NCBI GenBank assembly: GCA_050084985.1 | Contig: JBITNC010000001.1 | Location: forward strand, 163,556,001-163,620,000 | From: Nageia nagi | Lineage: Eukaryota > Plantae > Pinophyta | DNA length: 64,000 nt | Direction of reading: 5' to 3' | Part shown: piece by piece, positions 52,960 to 64,000 of the stretch | Layout: the number at the start of each line of letters is the position of its first letter | Numbering within the stretch: the stretch's first letter is position 1 | Notes under the pieces: generated by a model | Told to the model about the DNA's origin: nothing | Seen by the model: only the letters and a program-made list of their open reading frames with translations | Databases searched by the model: none | Program-made: the position numbers and the translations under genes

Positions 52960-54715
52960 TGAAGGAAGTGGAAGGATAAGTGTCTCCTAGAGATGTGGCA
53001 TGAGTTGATTCACTTGAAGACTCCTCTTATTCGAACTTTCCTCTTGTGTTTATTGGTTCTCTAGGTATCTTACCCTTCTTAGAAGTGTTATGTTGGATAT
53101 GGCTCATCTTTTATAGAGGAATTATTGTACCCCAAACCCCTACCTTGGTTTTCCCACTCATCAATGAGCAAGCCAAGGAGGTTTAAGGGCATGGGAACCC
53201 ATCTGATCTAAGGGTCTAGGAAAAGTGCCCCTAGGAAATATTTTTTCGGGATGCACTTGATATTCTCCTATTTTCACATGGCATTATGGGATTTACAAGA
53301 TTTCATCTTAGTGCAAGGATGGATGGTTTAGGCCACGTTACCTAATATCACATTGTAGTTTAGGATTGAGGGTTTTCTTATATATTTATTATAATGAGAA
53401 ATTTAAGATTGTATTCATTGTAAGAAATAATATAGAAGGAGAAGAAGCTCTTGACATGTTGGAGTAGCCCACATTGGGTGAACTAGGGTAAATCTTGTGT
53501 GTTCCTTGTATTTGTGAGATTTTTTATGTTATGGTTAATTCATTTCTACACTATACTTTCATAATAGGTTTAGATAAGACTCTTCATATGGTATCAGAGC
53601 TAACATTTTTAGCCATAGAGGGATGTCTTTATTGCTAGAGTTTAGTTCATTTGAAGAGGATCTAGGGTTTTTATGTGTTTCAAAAACCTATTTTTGAGTC
53701 GGAGCTTCATGCATAAAGATCTTGAAGAAGAAAAATATCTATAAGTAAATCAAGGATAAATATTTAAAAAATTGATGGAGAATGATTTGAGTTATGGAAG
53801 CTAAATATGGAGGATATGCTAGTGGAAAGAGATCTATGTTTTGTTATCTATGGAAAGAAACTAGATAGTACTTTCGATGAACATTGGGAGAAACTAAATT
53901 AAAAAGTAAGGAGTGTGATCTGAATAAGTCTTATTGATTAGGTGTTGATTAACATTTTTGAACAAAAGATTACAATGGATCTTAGGGATAAGTTGGGGGA
54001 TTTGTATCAAAGTAAGTCCCTTGTAAAACAAACTCTTCTTCAAGAAGAAATTGTACAATCTCTAGATGTATGAGGGAGATTCAATAGAAGATCATCTCAC
54101 TGCATTCAATACAATAGTGAGCCAACTTCAATATATTAATGTTAAGATTTTATAAAAAGATAAATGCATTGCATTACTATGCTTTCTACTAGATTTGTGG
54201 GATAATCTAGTTGTAGCAATTAGGAGTAATTCACTTGCTGTATCCATTGAATATTGTTTTCGTATTTAACATCAAAGGATTTGAGGAAAAAATACATGGA
54301 GAGCACATCAAAGGATGCCCTAATGGTAAGAGGATGTACAAAGGAAAGAGAGAAATCAATATCTAGTGATAGATCAAAATTCAGAGGTAAATTTGGTGGT
54401 AGATCTAAGTCTTGAGGTAGATATGATCCTAAATGTTGGATTGTGGCAAACTAACCACTTGAAGAGAGATTGTAGATAACAAAATGTAGATACATGGAAG
54501 ACATATAATGAATCCACTTTCTCAAAAGCCACAAAATCTAGTGATAAAGTTGGGGATGAATATTTGACATCTTGCTCCAATAGATTTGATCAAAATAATT
54601 AGGTAATTGATATGAGAGCCTCCAATCATATGACTCCTTATAGGGAGTGATTTTGTGAATATGAAGAATATGATGGAGGGTATGTTCTCTTGGGAAATAA
54701 TTGTTAGGAGAGAAT
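52960..54715 (+). mobile_element. 5' fragment of a Tnt1/Tork-like Ty1/copia: LTR 52960-53586, PBS 53589-53600, degenerate gag and protease
   Basis: TGAAG..CTTCA termini; TGGTATCAGAGC; FELWKLNMEDMLVERDL; LYQSKSLVN; CWIVAN*HLKRDC-like knuckle; ASNHMTPYRE*FCEYEEYDGGYVLLGN, then truncated. Confidence 0.85.
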
Positions 54716-55699
54716 TTCATAATGTAAATTAGTTGACTCTAATCAGTAGTTAGTGATTGAAATACTATTTATTAGTCACTTTGTCTATTTCACCCAAAAG
54801 GACATGACTCAAAAAACTACCAAATGGGTCCAATAAGAAGAGAACCAAGGGTAGAGGGAGTGTGTTAGAGCTAAGTATGTAATAACTACATGTTTATAAT
54901 TAGCTTATATTTATCAGTATTAATAAAAGGCTTAACCCTCTATTTTTTGTGATTGAATTACTTATCTTGGATTTCTATTCTTCTTTTCCATTTACCTATC
55001 CATTCTTGGTTGTAGATAAGAATCATATCAACTAATTTGATATATCAAAAGTTCTATTTCTAGGAAATTTACAAAATAGAGGATTTGATGGTTGAGTGGA
55101 ATGTAGAGTAATAATTACAAGCATGTACCTTTTCATCCTTCAAAAAAACCATTGCAAAATTGATTTTTGAAGGAATTAAAAACTTTTAGGAAGTGGATTA
55201 CTTGATGATCATGATATAGTAAAGTAAAGTCAATTGATTTGGTTCATGGAGATAGAATTTACAAGATCTTTTTTTGCAAATTTTCAAACATATTTTTGAA
55301 GTGGATAACCAAATAAAAATAATTTTAGACACACATTCTTATTCTAGAAATCGGGTGGGATAAAGAGAACTTGCTACAACTAGAAAAATCAACATAGCCT
55401 TGGATGCAAAAAATCAATGAGTGGGTACATAATACCTTAGAAACCTATACCATTGAATTCATACTTCAGGATTGGGTGTCATAGGAAGCATGAAGATATA
55501 GATTCATTAAGGGACCTAAGAAAATATTTTTAGAAAACCTTCCACATATTTGTAAAAGATATTTAATTGAGAAATGGTATACCTTAGAAACTCTATTGTA
55601 CATGTAGGGGAGAGGTGTTTGAGGGGAAAGGGGAAATATAATGGGAATAAGAATTAATTAAGAATCAGAATGAGGGAAGGAAAGGGTACAAGGAGAAAA

Positions 55700-58600
55700 T
55701 ACATGATGATTGATAGGGGGAACTTATAAAAGGAGAATATGATCAAGGAAAAAGCGATAAATTTAGGAAGAGAAAACATACAAAGATGAAGAAAAATGAG
55801 GTGACCAACTCAACTGCACTAAGAAAATTTTATGAAAACTAATTATAGGATAAACGATGAAGGGATAGAGAAGAGAAGAAGCTATAAATGGAGATAGATA
55901 GGAATAAGGAACTTAGTTCATTATTAGGACTAGACTCAAAAAATGGCCTGTCCAAAGTTTAGGAATATATTGATAACTGCATGGAAAGTGGACAACATAC
56001 CAAGGGAAGAACAACCAAGGATAGGATAAACCCTAAATTAATGGAAAATAAGGATACCATTAAGGAGATATCGACTAATGAACTACCACCACTGATAATA
56101 GTGGTGAATACTGAGGGAGATAGCATTGTATAAGTATTTGTAGTAGTAGAGAAACATACAAATGAGTATGATTATAACTTGTTTAGACCATTTGTAAGTT
56201 CACTTGAAACTCCAAAAGGATTACTTCTTTCAAAATGATTCAATAGCATATTGGATAATATGATTGAAACCTTAATCAATGAACTAAATGAGATCATCGA
56301 TAGAGATGTTGAGAACCTAATAACAATATCTAGGATAAAATAACCCATAGAAACTAATGCTATACCTAAAGCAATTGATGTCTCTGAACCCATACCTCAA
56401 TACTATGAATATCGGAGAAGGGGCAACACTATCACAACTAACTAATGCTATCTCTCAAAGAATTAGGAGAATAAAGAGGGCTATCACCATCAACTTATCA
56501 GTATTAATTTTTTTTTATGTCTCTTACCATACAATATCAACAAATACCATAAGAGAATGGGCTAGAAATAGAACATCCAGATTTACCTAGCCCAATAATA
56601 GAAGTGATATAAAATCCTAAGCAACAAATAAATGAAATGACCCTCGAAAATATAGAAAGAGATATAGTACCCTTTATCTCCTAAACAAACAACAACATGA
56701 CCCTTATAAGTATAGTTAATTGACAAAGATAATAGACTAAATACCTATTACCCCATAATTTCTCTCTACCCCTCACGCTACTAGATGATGTTGAAATATT
56801 AAGAAGTTTTTTTGGTCCCTTTAAGAGATCCAAAATACAAGGATAGTCCTTGATTCTAATTATCAAGGAAGTGTTAAAAACTCCATTTAAATATATCTTG
56901 GAGGTTATAGGAAAAAATGATTAGACCAAATACCTATTCCCCCATAATTTCTCCTTGCCTCTTATGCCATTAGATGACCTTGAAATCTTAAGTTTTTTTG
57001 CTCCCTTTAAGAGACCCAAAATTTAAGGATAGTCTGTGACTCAAATTATAGAGGAAGTGTTAGAACCTCCATTTAAAGATATGTATGAGGTTATAGGTGA
57101 AAATGATTAGACCGAATACATATTCCCCCATAATTTCTCCATGCCCCTCACACCACTAGATAATCTTAAAATCTTATGAAGTTTTTTTGCTCCCTTTAAG
57201 TGAAACAAAAATCAAGGACAATCCTTGAATTTGATTATAGAGGAAGTGTTAGAACCTCCATTTAAATATATCTTCAAGGTTATAGATGAAAATTATTTTA
57301 ATATAAAACTACAAAGTGATCAATTTAGGACTTCCAACTAACATCATCAATAGATAATATCAAACCCTCAACCAAATAGGTAATGAAAACATAACATTTT
57401 CCCATATTAATGACAACACTACCAACAACAAATGGTTGGTTCTATAAAATTACCTATCTTTCAAAAAAGATACCTACAATGATAAGGAATATTTATTTAT
57501 ACTAGAGAATGAGTGGACATAATGATATTTTATAGATGAGGGTACATTTATTATCAAATTCATAGCTACATTATAGGATGAGATATTAAAATGGTTATGA
57601 AATTTATAGATCTTCCCCAAGGGTGAATGATGAAAACATGGAATGAAATTAAAGCAACTTTTGCATCCAAATATTATTTTTCACAAGCTAGACCAAAAAA
57701 CATAAGAAAAATGCAAGAAATGATGATGGAACCTAGGGAAATAGTACATGAGTACAATAAAAGGTTTAAAGTAACTTAAAGAAGATTACAAGAACTGATG
57801 ATAGTAAAAAACAAAGTCAAATGATTCATTTTTGGACTACAACCAAAATTCAAAATATATATGGAAAAAATATACCTAATATATATTGAAGCCTTACAAG
57901 TGGTTGTTGAAATTGAATCTCAACCATGGTGAGTAAACATCATTAATGATAACTTATCAAATCAACTAATGAAACTAATCGAGAAAATCGATAAGCTATC
58001 TATGAAAGGAATTCTACAATGCTTCCACATTATTATATATTAGCAGTTCACAATACAAAAGACTGCCTAATGATCAATATTCAAAATTGAGGCATAGATG
58101 GACAAACAAGTTATCAAATATATGGATCCTAGAACCATTAGACTCACCAATGTTGAGAAAAATATTTTCTATATGACATTGAGGATGATTTACAAAGGAA
58201 CCCATGGGCATTTGCAACATAACAATATCAAGCATCAAAATTTTAGGCCATCGCATAAACTCTAGTACCATTCATTGATGAATCATGATTCACATATATC
58301 TATATCATTGCCTCTAATCAATAGTAACAACCATGATAATAATACAATACACCTAATTATTTTTATGAATAATAAGAAGGTAGTCATGGTAGAGGGAATA
58401 AATATCGAGGATGATATCAAGGTGGAAGAGGAAGTCAATGATCCCAATATTTTATTTGTGGTGATTTTTCCCACCAATAATACAAGTTTCCACATCCTCA
58501 AGAATTATTGAGGTGCCAATTATACCAAATAATAAATGACCATAGTTTTGTTGACTACCCTAAATTATTTTAGGATATGTAGGCTAGAATATCAAAAATG

Positions 58601-61600
58601 GATAACAGTAATAATTCAAATGCGAAAGCCACCCAATGGGTACCATTTGATTCTAATTATAGGATCGCTCTAGCTAAAATAAACCTTATAGATAACTTGA
58701 TATACCTAACCTTGATCTTAAGAGGAAAAACCACTCTAGATATACCATTTGCATGTATAAAAACTTGGTCAAGAGTAAAGAATATAAGATTCATCAAATT
58801 GGTAGTACAATAAATCATACCACAACCAAAGTATCTAGATCTAGAACAACATCATGATATTATTAAAAAAACTTAACAAATCATTCAAACATTATAAAAA
58901 TAAGGTTATCAAGTAACTCAATCATAAAAATATTCTCAACAATTGATAGAAGAGGAAAATACCATATTAAAAAGATTTTGTGAACTTATCAAGCAAGAAG
59001 ATCTACTTTCAAAATTGATATAGCTATCCAAATATTGGAATAAGAAACACATCAAGAAAAGAGTATGTAAAGCACTAAAAATATGGAAAAATAAACCCAT
59101 ACTAATTGAAGTTATAATTAATGGTAAACTTGCAAAGAATATTATGCTAGATTTAGGAGTTGATATAAATCTTTGCCTATTAGAACATGGAAACAATTAG
59201 GATGTCCTCCCTTAGAACCAACATAATATAATATTTCACTAGCTAATGGCTCCTTATTTCTTTCCCTAGGACTATTATGAGACATTCTAGTCTCCTTTCT
59301 TGTGATTACTTCATTGGCTACATTTTATGTGATAGATGTGGTCAATACCAAAAATTTAGAATACACAACCCTACTAGATCTGAATTGGTTTGAGGATAAT
59401 AATAATATTATAAATAATAAAATTTAATAATTGGTCCTTTCTAATGATGAATACAAAGTACACATTCTATTGAATAAAGGTATAAGTGATGCATACATGA
59501 AAGCACGAAACCAAAGCAATGATAATAGAAGCAGTGATAAAAGTGATTTGATAGGTCTAAATGATGTATACACTTTAACTATAAGAAAAGAATTAGATAG
59601 ATTCTTAAATTATATTAACCCCATGGATGATGGTTAACTAAATTTTCATAGTGGTTCCTTAGAGGCTGATTTCAAGATCATTATGATGATGTGGAATGCA
59701 GGAAACCATGGATCATATTCAAAATGAGCATACTGAACTATGTTATCACATCAAGTATGCTAAATTTCAAAAGAAGTATGTCAGGAGAAACTACCTGAGT
59801 TTGATGATACCATGAAAATAGTTCTTATCCACAAATTTTTAGAGGCCATGGTAAAAAACTTCCCTAATGAAGAAGGTATATTTAATGCACTTGAAGACAC
59901 CCTCATTGAAACCACCACAATATGGTGGGGAAAACATCGACCAAACTTAACATCATGGGATAAGATAATGTATCATATATTAGTACATTTCATCACTCCA
60001 TACGCAATCATCAATGTTATTGATAAATATTTAGGCGATACAAATCCCATAATGCACATCACATATTGTGACTCAATTGGGAAAAATTTGACCAATCTAC
60101 AACCCAACACTTGGGTACATATATTCCATTGGACATTAGGCACTTTTCCACATGCTTGGAACATACACCAAAAGCTTCAAAGAGAAACAATAGATTGTGA
60201 TATAATACAAGTAGAGTTCATCCACATGTTTAAATTTCACAATGATAATATCCCAATCCATAAATACTTACTACAAATCAAAAACTTTCTACTCATCGAA
60301 CCTACTATTGCATGAATTATTTATTTCAAAATAGCCCAACCTATAGTGACATCAATAACTACACACGCATTAGAAATGATTAAAAAATGTTGCTAAAATA
60401 AATAGATCTAGAAGAACCAAACCAAAAAATTAGAGAAACTTAAATACAAAGTTGAGGAAGGAAAAAATGAAGTAATCATAGAGAAATAGAAGAAATCAAA
60501 ATATGATGAAGAAATCAAAATAATAAAATTAAATATCGATATAGACATAGAACCAAAAATGGCTATAATAGGGGACTATTGAACTAAAAAAGAGGTAAAC
60601 AAAATTCTAAAAATATTAGTTGAATATTAAGATTTAATCTCATAAAATATGATGGAACTATGGGGAATGAATGAAGAGATCGAAACTATGAAAATAAGAT
60701 TAAAACTTGACTATAAACCATGAAAATAAAGATCATATTGGTTGAACCCAAATTATAAAATACAAGTAAAGGGAACATTAGACTAAATGTTAGAAGTATG
60801 CATCATATCACTAGTTGATAACATTGAATGGATTAACCCTATGGTGATCCAACATAAAAAGAAAGGGAACATGAGAATTTGTATAAACTTTTGGAAAGTT
60901 AATAAAACCTACAAACACAATATTTTTCCCACATTGTTCACAAAAGAAACCTTAGAAAATGTTGCTAGAAATGAAGTATAATCCTTCACTAATGGTTTTT
61001 TTGGATATCACCAATTTTAAATTGCAAAGGAAGATCATCAAAAAATAACATTCAAAACTAAATGAGGATCATTCATGTATAATGTTATGCCATTCAAGCT
61101 TTAAAATGCACCAATAATATTTTCCCAAATAATGATCCAATCCTTTAAATACTTTATTCATATCTTTCTAGAGGTATACCTTGACGATTAAATAGTATAT
61201 AAACTAATGAAAAATCATACCTAGGTATTAAGATTGATTTTTAAATGATGTCAAAAAATATGAATATCTCTTAGTTTAAAAAAATGCCTCTTTGCTACAT
61301 CATACAGAGTGCTACTAGGGAATATAACTTGTAAGGATTGATTGATGGTAGACCCAACAAAAATCATGATACTAGTGAACATACCCCTACCTAAAATAGT
61401 AAAAGAAGGATCAATAGGTTATTATAGAAACTCAAATTATCTAAAGCCCCAATACTAATAATTCCTTATTAGACTAAGGAATTTTACATGCACATAGATG
61501 TGAGTATTCAAGCAATCAGATTGTATAGGCACATCAAGGTGAAGGTGATATTGACCATCTAATTTATTTTGCTAGTTGCAAAATGGAATACATAGAGAAT

Positions 61601-63165
61601 AATTATATGATCACTAGAAATAAGAACTAGTTATGGTATATGCCCTTCAAAAATTTCATCATTATTTGTTAGCAACAACATTTATTTTTCTCACAAATCA
61701 TGAGGCTCTAAGATATTTTCTCAACAAATCATTCATTCAAGGAAGGATTTGTCAATGGTTATTCTAATTCCATGAATTTAACTTCAAATTTGTTATCAAA
61801 CTAGGAAACTTAAATTTGATCCCCAATATGTTATCAAGAATCGATTATGGTGAAATATCAAAAATTGATAATGACTTATTAGGATCTCACTTATTTTGAG
61901 TTGAAGTAGTTCTAGATGATCTAGAGGAAATAGTATCCTTTTTGACATCAAGAAAATTCTTTAATGACCTATCCTCAAAAGAGAAAATAAAACTACTCAT
62001 TAAAGCAATTTCATACACTCTTATATCAAGAAAACTCTATAAAATTGTATGGAAAAAGTAATTCGACGTGTAGCCCTCCCACACAAATGTGATGATATTC
62101 TTAGGGAGGCACATGATGGCATAGATGGTGATCATTTCAATGGATATCTAACAAGTAAAAAGGTATTACAATCTAGAATGTGGTGGCCTACTCTCCACCA
62201 TAATGCCTAATTTTATGTTAAGAGTTGCAATGTATTCCAAAGAATCGATCAATCATGAGCATAGGATGAACTCCCACTTCAACTAGTAGTACCCTTGAAA
62301 CCATTTGAAAAGTGTTTGATCAAATTTGTCGATCCTATATCACCCCTACCATGTAAATTAGGTTCAAGATATATTATTACTAAGGTAGAATATCTCACTT
62401 TATGGATAGAAGCAGAGGCATTAAAAGATTGTATAGCACTAACAATAGTCAAGTTCATATACAAAAATATAATTATAAGGTTTGGATGCCTAAAGGAAAT
62501 CGTAAGCAATCAAGGGAAACATTTTCTCAATCACACTATTAATGAGTTACTAAATTTATGATTTAGCATAATTGGTGTTCCCCATACCACCCATAAGAAA
62601 ATGGAGTCATCAAAGCGATCAACAAAATTCTTGAATGAATATTGACAAAAATTGTATCTATAATTTAGTTAGAATAGGAAGAAAAATTACCAATTGTACT
62701 ATAAGCATACATAATAACTTATAAATGCCTAAATAAGAAAATACCATTTGAATTAGTTTATGGAATTGAAGCAATGATCCTTATGTAATTCCAAGTTCTA
62801 TCATTAAGAATTGCCCTAGTAATATGACTTAATGAAAATTGATCACTACAAGAATGAATTTTTACTCTCGTCCAATTGGATGAAAATTGATAGATAGCAT
62901 TATATAACCAAATGCAAGAAAAGTATTGATAAAAAGCATGATATTATAGATATATTAAAAATAAAAAATTCAGAATCAATGACTAATTCCTTTTATATGA
63001 TAGTCAGTATAAACATCATCCTAGAAAATTATGAATTCAATGGTTTGAGCTTTACATTTTCCACCATATTAAAGGTAAAGAAATAGTATAACTATAGATG
63101 TTAAACAAACTAATTCAACCAAGTTTTGTAATTGGCCATAGACTAAAGTAGTACACTCCTTGATA
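55700..63165 (+). mobile_element. Degenerate Ty3/gypsy internal region (gag, PR, extra gag-like segment, RT, RH, IN)
   Basis: Gag ~57440-58100; protease PILIEVIINGKLAKNIMLDLGVDINL (~59095); RT WINPMVIQHKKKGNMRICINF and LEVYLDD (61177-61188); RH MVYALQKFHHYLL; integrase YKNIIIRFGCLKEIVSNQGKHF; ends GHRLK*YTP* at 63163. Confidence 0.85.
56733..57295 (+). repeat. Three in-frame 189/186-bp tandem repeats (63-aa unit) upstream of gypsy gag
   Basis: Unit starts 56733, 56922 and 57108; both periods are multiples of 3. Confidence 0.85.
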
Positions 63166-64000
63166 GGATGCATGATTCACATATTGAAATATGGAAATAA
63201 CTTTAAAAATACACTTGTATTATAGTAGTATAGATTATTTACATTAGATTTCAGATATATTCAAAATATTTATCGTTGTTTGTTTCTTTTTTCAACTTAA
63301 CAATACAAAATGCATCTCACCAAACACCTTATTAAATTGGGGAGTACATAGGGATCAAAACCAATAACATAAGTAATATCAAAATCAACCAAAACTAATA
63401 GTTCATACATTTGCAAATGATCCATAAAACCTACTTCAGTATTTAATTTGGATCTTCATACTTTGTTCATTTTAGTTCTTGCATAAATTAAAAAATGCAT
63501 ACCAAATCAAAAACACACAAAATGATGTACACACATATTTACCTTGGTTGGATTGATGTGGTCACTTTTATGATCCTTCTTTCTTCATTCTTTCATTTGT
63601 CTAAGCTGAATCACATGATCACTGTAGGCTCTCCACTAAATCCCTTTCTTGAATATGAGTACTCTCTTTTCAACAAAATTCCTTAAGCATAGTTCCACAT
63701 CTCTTGGCCCAAGATGACATATTTAGAAATATTCTTTTTATTATTCTTCTTTTTTCATCATGGCGATTATGTCATCCACTTCTTTCTCCATGGAAATAAT
63801 CTTGTCAATGTTCTTTTTCTATTTCTATGCAAACTTGAAATGTAGCTCCAATATTACTATCATGGTTTTGTTATTTTCCATAGAGTTTACAATAAAATGG
63901 AGTCTTCTACATTATTTTCAAACCTACACTAACTCCCTCTTTGGAAGAAAATCCACTAAAAAGGAATTCCATTTTTCCATACTCCTCCCTTTTATAACAT

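Overview
AT-rich plant nuclear DNA, most consistent with a gymnosperm (inferred from the retrotransposon lineages, PPR motif style and heavy CG/CHG decay). Most of the window is nested, decayed LTR retrotransposons. These include several Ty3/gypsy Tat/Ogre-like relics, a truncated Tnt1/Tork-like copia, and one young full-length Ty1/copia (8905-18231) whose 5' LTR carries a 299-bp internal duplication. A small island at ~26-34 kb holds three things. First, one intact 4-exon gene (28336-30663, 495 aa) for an uncharacterised condensation-domain/CoA-acyltransferase-fold protein (At3g52610-like) with an atypical HSGACDR motif. Second, a 203-bp MITE-like foldback. Third, a PLS-class PPR pseudogene containing an inverted duplication of its own conserved HKARxLFDK motif. 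That duplication forms a near-perfect 174-nt hairpin (33553-33726) with a second, alternative antisense arm upstream. It is a candidate newly born PPR-targeting miRNA/hairpin-siRNA locus and the most interesting signal in the window. All coordinates and translations were read by eye; boundaries of old relics are approximate.
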